DNA of 64,000 nt from an uncultured Spirochaetales bacterium (GCA_964410865.1 CAYPIQ010000001.1:180118-244117), one strand, 5' to 3'; counted from the stretch's first letter, positions 10,540 through 19,967 are shown. Made by a program: numbers and translations. Notes: generated by a model from the letters alone, not told the origin.

Positions 10540-13500
10540 CTATTTCTCCAGAATAAACTCTACCCGTCGGTTCTTCCACCGGTTCTCCAGATCACCGTGG
10601 GGCACCAGGGGTTTTGTACCACCCATACCGACAACACTTATCCTGCCCGGATCTATCCCCAGGGTGACAAGTTCGTTCTTTACCGTTTCCGCCCGTTTCC
10701 GTGACAGTTCAACCAGCTCTTCCTTCTCCTCCAGTTCTCTCTTTACCGGATCCGCCCAGCTCAGATTTACCGCATGGCCTTCTATGGTTATCTTGTAGCT
10801 CGAATATTTCTCGAGAATCTGGGCTATCCGTTTGATCACATAGATGTTCTTATCTACTATTGCCGGGTCCCTGGTATCGAATTCCGGGCTGTTCGGGGCA
10901 AAGGTTATATTTGCTATCTGTATCTTTAGCTTGTTCCCTTCACGGACAACGAGCACATCTATCGGAATAACCCCGGTCTTTTTCCGGGTAAGTCCGAATT
11001 CGTCAACAACAGTGAAGGTATAAGGATAGTCTTCCGCCGACAGGACAATATCTCCTTCCTTACCCTTTCCGTTCCAGGTAAGGGTAGAAGCTGGTTCACC
11101 TTCACCCTTGAATTCCTGAAAAACCTGCCCCCCCCGGTCATAGATGGTAAAATCCCACGATTTTATTCCGGAAAAATCATCCACCGTCAGTTCTATAGTA
11201 AGCTCATCGTCGTAGCCGTCGTTGTCAGGAGAAAAGGGAACCGGCGTAAGCCTAACATCGGCCTCCGGCGGCGTGGTATCGAGGATGAATGGTGAAGTTT
11301 CCGAAACCGGGAGATTGCCTTTTTTATATTCCACCGTAAACCGGGCCGTATATACACCGTCTACCGTCGTACCGTCGCTTCGTTCTCCGTTCCATATGAC
11401 TTTCTGCGGTATCCGGGTCTCCGAGAACTCGCGAACGGTCGTACCAGCTTCGTCTATTATGTCCAGCCGCCATCGGTCTACACCTTCTGTTTCGTTTACC
11501 AGCAGATTAAATCCTATCTCTTCCTCTTTTCCGTCACCGTTTGGAGTAAATCCCTCCGCATCCGCGGTAGCGAATACGGTTGTGGGCCTGGTATCTATTT
11601 CGATACCGTCGATACGTTCCGAGGCGGTATTCCCCGCATAATCCTCCGTTTTTACAATGTATGAATAGATCCCGTCCTTGACATGATTTCCGGCTTCATC
11701 CGTTCCATCCCATACAAAATCGTCCAGGCTCCCCTTCCAGAGGATCTGCCTGACCACAGTTCCCTCCCGGTCGACGATTTCCGCCGTCCAGAGCGTTTCC
11801 TTGCTGGATGACTGTCTGATAGTAATGTTATCTTTCCTACCGTCCCCGTCCGGAGAAAAGAGCCGTGTTTCGCAGGATACTTCCAGGCTGGGATAGACGG
11901 AATCTAATTCCACCTTCCTGGAAGCTGCCCTTGATTTGTCGCCCTTTTCATACACGACTTCTATCTCTCCCCGGTATACACCTTCCTCTGCCCTTTCGCC
12001 GTTGTTGTTAAAGCCGTCCCAGCTAAATTTCTCCGGAACGGCGGCTCTTCCGCCGGTTGTCCATACCACGGAGCCGTCCTCCGCAAGTATATTAAAGGTA
12101 TACTGACGTATCCCTTCGGTGACTTCAAGCCTGGGGATAAAGTCGACTTCGTCCTTGATTCCGTCTCCGTTGGGAGAAAAGGCGTCGGTTTCCGCCTGAA
12201 GGGTTACAGGAGTGGGGATTGTATCGATCCTGAAGCCGACCGGATTTGATTGTCCGACATTGAGTGCCTTGTCTACAGACTCCAGGGTATATGTATAGGC
12301 CCCGTCCGGAACATTCCTTCCCAAACCGTCATACCCGTCCCATATGAGTACCTGGTCGGCCTGCTCTATCCAGACGAATGTCTTGACTGTTTCACCGGCC
12401 TCATTTCTAATGGTGCCTTTCCATGTTCCTTCTTTGGATGTGTCCTGATAAAAGGTCAGAGTATCCCTGAGTCCGTCGCCGTCCGGTGAAAAAACCGCGG
12501 GTTTTTCAACAGTTACATCGGCCTTTGGTCTGGTTGTATCCACGGTAAACACCGGAGTTTCACTGGTAGGTTTGTTCCCGTTTACGTATACTACCTGTAG
12601 TGTTCCCCGGTATCTTCCCTCGGGGAGAAAATTCCCCTTCTCATCCTTTCCTTCATAGGTGATGCTGTTAACGAGTTTCTCCTGTCCGGAGAAAACTCTC
12701 ATTACCCTTCCGGCGTCATTCCTTATGGTCAGACTCCAACTCTCTATGCCCGATGTTACCGGAACCTTCGGCGTAATGACAATACTGCTCCGGCTGTCTT
12801 CCATGCCCGGGGCAAAAACGGACGCATCTATCTCTACCGAAATAGGTGTCTCCTGGGTATTCTTTATGATGTTGCTCACCTTTCCGGTTGTTTTATTTCC
12901 CGCCCTGTCGGCAGCCATTATATTGTAGACATATACACCGTCCGGAAGGAGTTCTCCTTTATCTCCGGTGCCGTCCCATTCGAATTTCTTCGGTTCCGAA
13001 TTCTCCCAGGTGTATGTTTTTACAACCGTTCCGTCGGCCGTCTGTATTGTCCCTTTCCACATATCTTCCCTGGAACCCGACTGCGGAACAGGCAGTGTGT
13101 CCTTGCTTCCATCGTTGTTTGGTGAGAAAATGTGGGCTGTTCCCGACGGCATATCAATGCTCAGCGCCGGCGGCGTGTTATCCACTATAACAACATATTC
13201 TTCGCTGCTTCCGCGGTTTCCGTTATCGTCGACGGCTTCCAGCCTGAAGCGATATTCTCCGTCAGGCACTACTACACCGTTGTCCGAATAACCGTCCCAT
13301 CGGATTTTTTCCGGAACGGGTATACCGGTCTTTACATAGGTAAGTCGGGCCATAATATTTTTAAACTCGAGGTCTTCCTCTCTCACCTCTTTGTTTACTA
13401 TCGTCTTTACTGTTTCACCGGCACTATTTTCGACAATGAAATTGTATTCCTTCACATAACGGGCGTCGGTTATGGTTATCGGCACCGCCAACTCGTCTTT

Positions 13501-14541
13501 TATCCCGTCGTGATTGGGAGAAATGTACTCCGGTCCCTCGTATTCCACTGTGATCGCCGGAGGTGTTCTGTCCTGGATGCCCAGGGGCATATTGACGCCG
13601 GCTCCAAAAGCCCATAATCCGTTGGAGAGGGGAGCAGCCGCGGCATTAACCGTTATTTTACTGTTGCCCCAGCCTCTCTTTTCTAAACCGAGAAAATCCT
13701 TTTCTTCCTGCATGTCCAGACCGAAGGTGAACCCCAGACCGAAGGAGGGAATAAGTCCGGAGAAATCACCGTTTATCATTTCCGCTACATCTATTCTGGT
13801 GGTAACCGCCAGCTTAAGCATATCTCTGAAAAGTACGTCTCCGCCTAGGGACATTCGCATATTAGTAAAGCCGGGAAAGAGAACATCCACATCCGCCTGT
13901 ATTTTAAAGGGCTCTTTTTCAAGGAGTGTTGCACCGGCCCCGGCCTGCAGAGAAAACATCCGCGGGTAATCCTCCGTGTCCGGAAGACTTGAATACCCAA
14001 AATTCCTGAGAGAAGCTCCCCAGGAGAAATCCTGTAAAAACCCCAGGTCCCCGGGCATATGGATTACGCCTAGATCGAGACCGACGCCCCATCCCCGGCC
14101 AAAATAGCCGTTTAATCCGGCACCCACGTGAAACTCCGGGAAGAGGTCCTTCGCAAAGGAAAGATGCACCCCCCCCTGCGTGCCCGCGTATATTTCGTTG
14201 AACGGCGGAGAGGTAAGGAAATTCCCTGAACCGGTTATAACACCGAATTTCGCGGGAAAAGATGCCCCGATATTTACGGCGTGTCCCCATCCGGTTTGCC
14301 CCGTATCCCCGGTAAGGGCCAGGTAGTTTAGATCCAGCGTAATAAGCTGATTGTCCGCCGATGCTGCCGGGTTGATGACGTCCGCATATGGTGTATGCTC
14401 GGAAACTACCGAGGACCCTCCCGAAAGAAACTCCGGGGAATAGAGGTCCTGTATGGTTTCCGACCCGTCAGCCCCTGCAAAGGGTATACAGAAGACCGTT
14501 AAAAATAAAGCCATATAACCTGATATTATTTTCATACCCAT
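10540..14541 (-). CDS. Large OmpA-family surface/outer-membrane protein: signal peptide, Gly-rich beta-rich N-domain, 8 tandem FlgD-Ig-like repeats, C-terminal OmpA peptidoglycan-binding domain
   Basis: 1333 aa. Eight repeats of about 100 aa each begin with (F/I)SPN.DG.KD and contain WDG...G..VPDG.Y.Y...A.D.AGN (FlgD Ig-like signature). C-terminal NITFAPNSPEFD...NRRVEFIL is OmpA-like. Confidence 0.75.
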   Translation of the reverse strand: MGMKIISGYMALFLTVFCIPFAGADGSETIQDLYSPEFLSGGSSVVSEHTPYADVINPAASADNQLITLDLNYLALTGDTGQTGWGHAVNIGASFPAKFGVITGSGNFLTSPPFNEIYAGTQGGVHLSFAKDLFPEFHVGAGLNGYFGRGWGVGLDLGVIHMPGDLGFLQDFSWGASLRNFGYSSLPDTEDYPRMFSLQAGAGATLLEKEPFKIQADVDVLFPGFTNMRMSLGGDVLFRDMLKLAVTTRIDVAEMINGDFSGLIPSFGLGFTFGLDMQEEKDFLGLEKRGWGNSKITVNAAAAPLSNGLWAFGAGVNMPLGIQDRTPPAITVEYEGPEYISPNHDGIKDELAVPITITDARYVKEYNFIVENSAGETVKTIVNKEVREEDLEFKNIMARLTYVKTGIPVPEKIRWDGYSDNGVVVPDGEYRFRLEAVDDNGNRGSSEEYVVIVDNTPPALSIDMPSGTAHIFSPNNDGSKDTLPVPQSGSREDMWKGTIQTADGTVVKTYTWENSEPKKFEWDGTGDKGELLPDGVYVYNIMAADRAGNKTTGKVSNIIKNTQETPISVEIDASVFAPGMEDSRSSIVITPKVPVTSGIESWSLTIRNDAGRVMRVFSGQEKLVNSITYEGKDEKGNFLPEGRYRGTLQVVYVNGNKPTSETPVFTVDTTRPKADVTVEKPAVFSPDGDGLRDTLTFYQDTSKEGTWKGTIRNEAGETVKTFVWIEQADQVLIWDGYDGLGRNVPDGAYTYTLESVDKALNVGQSNPVGFRIDTIPTPVTLQAETDAFSPNGDGIKDEVDFIPRLEVTEGIRQYTFNILAEDGSVVWTTGGRAAVPEKFSWDGFNNNGERAEEGVYRGEIEVVYEKGDKSRAASRKVELDSVYPSLEVSCETRLFSPDGDGRKDNITIRQSSSKETLWTAEIVDREGTVVRQILWKGSLDDFVWDGTDEAGNHVKDGIYSYIVKTEDYAGNTASERIDGIEIDTRPTTVFATADAEGFTPNGDGKEEEIGFNLLVNETEGVDRWRLDIIDEAGTTVREFSETRIPQKVIWNGERSDGTTVDGVYTARFTVEYKKGNLPVSETSPFILDTTPPEADVRLTPVPFSPDNDGYDDELTIELTVDDFSGIKSWDFTIYDRGGQVFQEFKGEGEPASTLTWNGKGKEGDIVLSAEDYPYTFTVVDEFGLTRKKTGVIPIDVLVVREGNKLKIQIANITFAPNSPEFDTRDPAIVDKNIYVIKRIAQILEKYSSYKITIEGHAVNLSWADPVKRELEEKEELVELSRKRAETVKNELVTLGIDPGRISVVGMGGTKPLVPHGDLENRWKNRRVEFILEK

Positions 14542-14563
14542 GATATTATCCCTCTCTCAACTC

Positions 14564-14737
14564 TCAGTCAGTCCCCGCTTTATCGGTAAGCAGATTTTCT
14601 ATCTCTTCAATAGACATGAAGGTATAGAGCTCTTTCTCTATTCTCCCCTTCAAAATCTGGAGCGGGATATCGAGTTCTTCTTCATGCCGTGAAAGGAGTA
14701 TATATATTGATATATATTGTTCCCTCTCTATCGTCAT
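14564..14737 (-). CDS. Small ORF (57 aa), hypothetical, translationally coupled to the upstream MBL gene (TAATG)
   Basis: Hand translation gives MTIEREQYISIYILLSRHEEELDIPLQILKGRIEKELYTFMSIEEIENLLTDKAGTD. Its ATG shares a nucleotide with the MBL TAA stop; stop is 22 nt before the giant OmpA-like gene. Below the ORF-track length cutoff. Confidence 0.3.
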   Translation of the reverse strand: MTIEREQYISIYILLSRHEEELDIPLQILKGRIEKELYTFMSIEEIENLLTDKAGTD

Positions 14738-15705
14738 TAAACTTCTATTTCCATCCCTTCCTTAGCCAGTAGTATTATCATATTGTTGACTTCAGGTCCC
14801 AGGTGGCTCTTGTACCATCCGGCGGATTTAAGAATCTGTGCCATCTTCTTGTCTTCGTATTTCGGATCGTGATGAAAGAGTACAAGCCGTTCTATATTCC
14901 ATTCCGCGGCAAAATCAACAGCAAGGCTGTACGAGGAATGCCCCCAGTCGAATTTTTCTATCGCTTCCCCGAGGGTGTACTGTGAATCAATGGCCAGCAG
15001 GTTAACACCCTTAAAATATTCGGTATTCTCCTCGTTCTTAATGAAATCCTCCTCCGTGAGCTCAGTATCCGTAGCAAAAATAAAAACCGATCCATTTTCT
15101 TTAAACCTGTAAGAATAAGAATCTCCCGGATGCTTCATCTTTCTCCATTCTATAGTTACCTCATCAATGGTAACGGACTCTCCATCCAGCTTATGGAATA
15201 CCAGTTCCGCAGGCATTATATCCATGGTTATGGGGAAATAGGGGCTTTTCATCTGCTCCTTTAAAATATCCTGCAGCCCTTCAACCGGGCTGTAAAGATG
15301 CAGGGTATATCCCTTTCTGAAAGCCGGATCAAAGAAAGGCAGCCCCTGGATATGATCCCAATGAAAATGAGTAAAGAATATATGACATTCTTTATCTCTC
15401 CCCGGCCGTGTCAGAATACTCTGCCCCAGTTCTCTGATACCGGAACCCGCATCTATGATAATTTCTTTCCCGGATTTCGTTGCTACTTCGACGCAGGTTG
15501 TATTTCCGCCTATTGTTTCCAGGAGATAGGACGGCAGTTTGGCCATAAATGCTTCACGAGTATCTTCCGATTTCAGATCATGAGGCTGTATCCTTTGAAT
15601 AATCGCCGCGATCCGGTTCTGCAATTGCCGCGGAGACAACGGCGAAGGAATGGACCCTCGGACACCCCAGAATTTAACTATCATGGCAACGTCCTTTTCT
15701 TTCAA
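14737..15705 (-). CDS. MBL-fold metallo-hydrolase
   Basis: 322 aa; HFHWDHIQG metal-binding motif, IVKFWGVRGSIPSP N-terminus. Confidence 0.75.
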   Translation of the reverse strand: MKEKDVAMIVKFWGVRGSIPSPLSPRQLQNRIAAIIQRIQPHDLKSEDTREAFMAKLPSYLLETIGGNTTCVEVATKSGKEIIIDAGSGIRELGQSILTRPGRDKECHIFFTHFHWDHIQGLPFFDPAFRKGYTLHLYSPVEGLQDILKEQMKSPYFPITMDIMPAELVFHKLDGESVTIDEVTIEWRKMKHPGDSYSYRFKENGSVFIFATDTELTEEDFIKNEENTEYFKGVNLLAIDSQYTLGEAIEKFDWGHSSYSLAVDFAAEWNIERLVLFHHDPKYEDKKMAQILKSAGWYKSHLGPEVNNMIILLAKEGMEIEV

Positions 15706-16148
15706 ACACCCGCCTGTAAGCGGTACACTTCACGATTCCGTGAGTTTATCCAGCCTTCGATCTCTTCAAATGTATACAGCCTGCCGCGGTTTATACCGGG
15801 ACAACTCTTTGCCGTCTCGTTCCATGCATCCTCTGAAGCCAGATAATTACTCCAAAAGGGATAACTCCTGCATTGAAAAGGCCTTACCGGATAAACAGTA
15901 CATGCTCCGGATTCCCAGAATATACAGTCGTAATTATCCTTCTCCTTCAGGCTTACGTACAATTCGCCGGTATGCTGAACCGTTCTGCAATACGTCTCGA
16001 TAAAACGATCTCTCGGCATCTTAAAATACGACGATAATATATGTATGTCGTTTTCCGAGAGGTAGACATAACCGGGATCATGCCTGCAACACCTCGAGCA
16101 TTTTTGACATTCAAACCTCAAGCCGCTGAGGTAAAACGAGTCTTTCAT
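15702..16148 (-). CDS. YkgJ-family cysteine-cluster protein (putative Fe-S/zinc-binding, UPF0153)
   Basis: 148 aa with CQKCSRCCRHDPGYVYL...ACTVYPVRPFQCRSYPFW pattern; overlaps the MBL start by 4 nt. Confidence 0.7.
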   Translation of the reverse strand: MKDSFYLSGLRFECQKCSRCCRHDPGYVYLSENDIHILSSYFKMPRDRFIETYCRTVQHTGELYVSLKEKDNYDCIFWESGACTVYPVRPFQCRSYPFWSNYLASEDAWNETAKSCPGINRGRLYTFEEIEGWINSRNREVYRLQAGV

Positions 16149-16196
16149 AACGTACTACTTCGTAATATAACAACAGTTTGCAGAAAAAAACATAAA

Positions 16197-16229
16197 AAAG
16201 GCCTTCTCTTTGTGGAAAGAAGACCTTTT
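16197..16229 (-). terminator. Putative rho-independent terminator of the tRNA-Thr/Tyr operon
   Basis: Minus strand GGTCTTCTTTCC-ACAA-AGAGAAGGCC (10-bp stem with 2 G.U wobbles) followed by TTTTTT. Confidence 0.45.
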
Positions 16230-16230
16230 T

Positions 16231-16312
16231 TGGGGAGAGAAGGATTCGAACCTTCGAAGGCTGAGCCAACAGATTTACAGTCTGCCCCCTTTGGCCACTC
16301 GGGAATCTCCCC
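16231..16312 (-). tRNA. tRNA-Tyr (anticodon GTA), class II long variable arm
   Basis: GGGGAGAUUCCCGAGUGGCCAAAGGGGGCAGACUGUAAAUCUG...GGUUCGAAUCCUUCUCUCCCCA; 7-bp acceptor, anticodon loop CUGUAAA, GGUUCGAAUCC T-arm, no encoded CCA. Confidence 0.9.
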
Positions 16313-16350
16313 ATAACACCCGAAGATACCAAAACCGGCGATCTTCGTCA

Positions 16351-16424
16351 AGCCACCTGTCAGATTCGAACTGACGACCCCGAGATTACAAATCACGTGC
16401 TCTGGCCGGCTGAGCTAAGGTGGC
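16351..16424 (-). tRNA. tRNA-Thr (anticodon TGT)
   Basis: GCCACCUUAGCUCAGCCGGCCAGAGCACGUGAUUUGUAAUCUCGGGGUCGUCAGUUCGAAUCUGACAGGUGGCU; cloverleaf with loop UUUGUAA; one U.U mismatch in the anticodon stem. Confidence 0.8.
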
Positions 16425-16436
16425 GTCGGGAACCAT

Positions 16437-16465
16437 AATATATTGAAATTGGGATGCCCTGTCAA
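16437..16465 (-). promoter_or_regulatory. Sigma-70 promoter of the tRNA-Thr/tRNA-Tyr operon
   Basis: Minus strand TTGACA-N17-TATATT, 12 nt upstream of mature tRNA-Thr 5' end. Confidence 0.55.
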
Positions 16466-16486
16466 GACGAGTTGTTTTGTCGTCAT

Positions 16487-17296
16487 TTAAGAATCAGGCT
16501 CAAAATCCGGAGGCGTTTCTAATTCCCAAGGTGGTCTTTTATCTAAAAATGTAAGCACCTCGGTTCCCCGGCCAAATACCGCTACCGTATGTTCGAACTG
16601 GGCGCAGAGGCTTCCTTCATCTTCTACCACCGTCCATCCGTCTTCAAGGGTCTTTACCCCTCCTCGGCCAATCGTAAGTATCGGTTCTATGGTGAACACT
16701 AGCCCTGGTACGATAGGTCTGCCGGTATCACGTTCTCCGGAGTTCAGAACCATCGGCTCTTCGTGCATCCGTCTCCCTATACCGTGGCCGACAAAACGTT
16801 CCAATACCTTGCAGCCGAACTTTTCTGCGGTTTTCTGGATAACCTCACCAATATCTCCGAACCTGCTTCCGGCCTTTGCCGCCCGGCACCCTTCTGCTGT
16901 TGCCTGCCATGCCGCTTTTATCAGTCGCCGGGCATCCGGACCTATTCTGCCCACGGCATACGTCCAGGCGGCATCACCGTGCCATCCGTTATATTCCACC
17001 GTAAGATCCACGGTTATTATATCCCCTTCGTTCAGTATTCTCTGATCCGGTATGCCGTGGGCGGCTACGTGGTTTACAGCGGTGCATATACTCTTCGGGA
17101 ATCCCCTGTACCCGCGGAGAGAACTTTTTGCCCCTTTCTTCTTTAATTCTTCTTCGCAGTACCTGTTAATGTCCACGGCGGTAATACCGCTTTCCAGGAT
17201 ATTCCGTAAAGATGAAAGAACTCCGGCGGCAATCAGGCAGGCTTTTCGTATCCCGTTTACTTCAAGGGACGTCTTCATCGGTATGTATTTTTCCAT
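16487..17296 (-). CDS. map: Methionine aminopeptidase type I, with short C-terminal extension
   Basis: 269 aa; pita-bread fold motifs (HGIPDQRILNEGDIITVDL, FVGHGIGRRMHEEP); extra C-terminal PPWELETPPDFEPDS. Confidence 0.9.
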   Translation of the reverse strand: MEKYIPMKTSLEVNGIRKACLIAAGVLSSLRNILESGITAVDINRYCEEELKKKGAKSSLRGYRGFPKSICTAVNHVAAHGIPDQRILNEGDIITVDLTVEYNGWHGDAAWTYAVGRIGPDARRLIKAAWQATAEGCRAAKAGSRFGDIGEVIQKTAEKFGCKVLERFVGHGIGRRMHEEPMVLNSGERDTGRPIVPGLVFTIEPILTIGRGGVKTLEDGWTVVEDEGSLCAQFEHTVAVFGRGTEVLTFLDKRPPWELETPPDFEPDS

Positions 17297-17300
17297 GGAA

Positions 17301-17630
17301 CTACACCGCGGGCCTGACGAGCATTAGAATAAAAGTAACAAAGACAGACAGGAAAAGTGACAGGGCTGCGCATATCAACGAAATAAAAAAAACGGTAACT
17401 CTTCCGCCGGTTCGGCCGTTCGTATTAGTTATATTCAATAGAGCCGTAAAAATGAGGCATACAGCAAGCAGCATTGTGACGGTACGCTCTATGTTCAGGA
17501 GCAGGATCTGTGTTTCGTCTAGAAATTCCTGGTAATTTCCGACGATGTAAAAAAATAACACCAGAAGAACTAACAGAAACAGGAATATTGCAGTTTTTTG
17601 TACGAATACATCGAATTTTCTTTCTTCCAT
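17301..17630 (-). CDS. Small hypothetical membrane protein (3 predicted TM)
   Basis: 109 aa hydrophobic ORF ending 4 nt before the map start. Confidence 0.4.
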   Translation of the reverse strand: MEERKFDVFVQKTAIFLFLLVLLVLFFYIVGNYQEFLDETQILLLNIERTVTMLLAVCLIFTALLNITNTNGRTGGRVTVFFISLICAALSLFLSVFVTFILMLVRPAV

Positions 17631-17671
17631 ACATCCCTTGAACCCGGAATCTTTTATCCTTACAATACCTT

Positions 17672-18577
17672 GTGACTAGGTCTTCCGGTGCTATGTATAC
17701 TGATATCGTACAGATATTTAAGAATAATAGCAAACCTCTCATGCCGATTCCTACCGGCATTCGTGCCGAACTCTCTGTTCTGGATAATATCCGTGCAATC
17801 GTGTTCGATATATATGGCACACTCTTTATATCGGAATCGGGAGACAAAAGTGAACCGGATTCCGGTGATTCTAAGCTTTTATCTCAGGTTCTCGTCCTGG
17901 CCGGCGCAAGTCCCCTGTCTGCAGAGGCCGCGACCAGAACAAAGGAATTATTTCATCAAGAAATCCACCTGTCTCATGCCGGGGGCAGAGCAGCCGGTAT
18001 ACCCTACCCCGAGATAGACATCCGCAGGATCTGGGATCGAGTGCTCGAAAAGTTATATGCTGAAAAACATATATCCTCTCCCGTGGACCGCGGGCTTTCC
18101 GAACAATGTGCGGCTTATTTCGAATGCCTTTCGAATCCCGTATATCCTATGCCGGGACTGAGTTCCGTTCTTAGGCGTATGGTTCGGCGCGGCATATCCC
18201 TTGGTATTGTCTCTAACGCCCAGTTCTATACTCCTCTTCTTTTTCCTGCATTTCTAGGTAGAACCCTTGAAGAATGTGGTTTTGATCCTCACCTCTGTAT
18301 ATGGTCATATTCCAGCGGAAGGGCAAAACCTGACCGCCTGCTTTATCGCGAAATGGCGGACCGGCTCTTGGAGCATTCTATCTCTGCCGGACAAACCCTT
18401 TACATAGGCAATGATATGCTCAAAGACATATATCCGGCGGTCCTCGAGGGATTTCGCACCGGTCTCTTTGCCGGCGATCGCAGATCTTTACGACTACGGG
18501 AAAAAGAATTATGTTCCAAAGACGTTAAATCTGATATAATTTTAACTGAACTTGAGCAGGTACTCGATGTCGTTTAA
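17672..18577 (+). CDS. HAD-superfamily hydrolase
   Basis: 301 aa; motif I IVFDIYGTLF and downstream HAD motifs (GIVSNA). Confidence 0.7.
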   Translation: MTRSSGAMYTDIVQIFKNNSKPLMPIPTGIRAELSVLDNIRAIVFDIYGTLFISESGDKSEPDSGDSKLLSQVLVLAGASPLSAEAATRTKELFHQEIHLSHAGGRAAGIPYPEIDIRRIWDRVLEKLYAEKHISSPVDRGLSEQCAAYFECLSNPVYPMPGLSSVLRRMVRRGISLGIVSNAQFYTPLLFPAFLGRTLEECGFDPHLCIWSYSSGRAKPDRLLYREMADRLLEHSISAGQTLYIGNDMLKDIYPAVLEGFRTGLFAGDRRSLRLREKELCSKDVKSDIILTELEQVLDVV

Positions 18578-18586
18578 TTTTTATCC

Positions 18587-19453
18587 ATGGAGCACGGTAT
18601 GAAACATAAGGGACTGTTTTTCATAATCCTTTTTCTCATTATTCTTATCGGCGGAGTCGGCTTCTACTTCGGCTGGATACAGATACAGCTGGAAGAAAAT
18701 ATGTACGCCGTTATTTTTACCAAACTGCACGGATACGAAGAGGATGTGGTGGAACCGGGGACCTTCCTCTGGCGGTGGGACAAACTAATCCCTACCAACA
18801 TGACCGTCCACACGTTTACCGTTATTCCGCAAGAGAAGGAGATATCTCATTCAGGCACGCTGCCCTCCGCCGAGGTTTATAAGGAATACCTTGAGGGAAA
18901 TCCTGATTTTTCATATGACCTGTCATTCCGCATATCCTTTTCCGTTCGCCCTTCTTCCCTTCCGTCACTTCTTCAGGAACATCATGTTACTCCCGATACC
19001 ATCGGCTCATGGTATGAGGATGTCTTTTCACGCTGTCTGATAGAAGGAACGGCTCTTATTGAAGAACAGGTTGAACAGGCGTCGGAAAACTCCGATACGG
19101 CATACCTCCATGCATCAATCGGGTCCGATCTCCTGGACCGGTTATCCGATCTCTATCCACAGCTCGAATTCCATGCTTTTGAACCGGAAACCGTCAGACT
19201 TCCCGACTTCGATCTTTACCTGAAGGGCAAGGAGATGTACATGGCTGTGATGACTGAAAAAGAAGCCGCGGAAAAGGAAGCAATCCGCCGGGCTTCAGAA
19301 TACTTCGTAACCGAGTCCGTCCGGCTGGAAACGCTGAAGAAATACGGAGAACTCCTTACCGAATATCCTGTGCTCCTGGATTACATGAAACTGAGCGGTG
19401 TAACCGATATCGATGATATCGATGTAGATAAAGACCTGTCTGAAGTCGAGTAG
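18587..19453 (+). CDS. Hypothetical membrane-anchored protein
   Basis: 288 aa, N-terminal TM (LFFIILFLIILIGGVGFYFGW), acidic C-terminus; no recognised motif. Confidence 0.4.
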   Translation: MEHGMKHKGLFFIILFLIILIGGVGFYFGWIQIQLEENMYAVIFTKLHGYEEDVVEPGTFLWRWDKLIPTNMTVHTFTVIPQEKEISHSGTLPSAEVYKEYLEGNPDFSYDLSFRISFSVRPSSLPSLLQEHHVTPDTIGSWYEDVFSRCLIEGTALIEEQVEQASENSDTAYLHASIGSDLLDRLSDLYPQLEFHAFEPETVRLPDFDLYLKGKEMYMAVMTEKEAAEKEAIRRASEYFVTESVRLETLKKYGELLTEYPVLLDYMKLSGVTDIDDIDVDKDLSEVE

Positions 19454-19455
19454 TT

Positions 19456-19947
19456 TTGGAATATTTTTATAATTTTGAAAAACTTTCCTATGTGCGGAAT
19501 CCGAAAGATCCATCTTCCTGCATTTTATGCTCCCTGGTGAACGGCGTACAGGATATTACGGATTTAACGGTATACCGGGGAGATCTGTTTTTTGCATCGC
19601 TCAACCTGTACCCGTACAATCCCGGGCATCTTATTCTGTTTCCCCGGCGACATATAGAAGATGTAAGGGAATATACCACAGAAGAACAAAGCATGCTTGA
19701 CCGGTTGACCAATTATTTTCTTGATACACTCGACAAAATTCATTCGCCCTGCGGATATAACATCGGGTATAACATGGGCAAACCGGCAGGTGCTTCAATC
19801 CGGCACCTGCATCTCCATATCATCCCCAGGTATCCCGGTGAGATAGGTTTTACAGATCTAATAGCGGGAAAACGTATGCTGGTGGAGCACCCCCTCGAGA
19901 CTGTGCGTCGCATCAAGGAGCACATGGAGAAGCATCCCATCGATTAA
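19456..19947 (+). CDS. HIT-family (histidine triad) nucleotide hydrolase/transferase
   Basis: 163 aa with HIT motif HLHLHIIPR. Confidence 0.75.
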   Translation: MEYFYNFEKLSYVRNPKDPSSCILCSLVNGVQDITDLTVYRGDLFFASLNLYPYNPGHLILFPRRHIEDVREYTTEEQSMLDRLTNYFLDTLDKIHSPCGYNIGYNMGKPAGASIRHLHLHIIPRYPGEIGFTDLIAGKRMLVEHPLETVRRIKEHMEKHPID

Positions 19948-19967
19948 TGTACATGAAAAACGGGTTT

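Noticed and set aside
10540-14541. Giant repeat protein as a flagellar FlgD hook-capping protein
   Set aside because: The FlgD Ig-like fold is widely reused in surface proteins. This protein has a signal peptide, a beta-rich N-domain and an OmpA C-terminus, eight copies of the repeat, and no FlgD N-terminal domain.
16041-16396. Three ORF-track CDS candidates overlapping the tRNA-Thr/tRNA-Tyr genes
   Set aside because: They coincide with two canonical tRNA cloverleafs plus their promoter and terminator.
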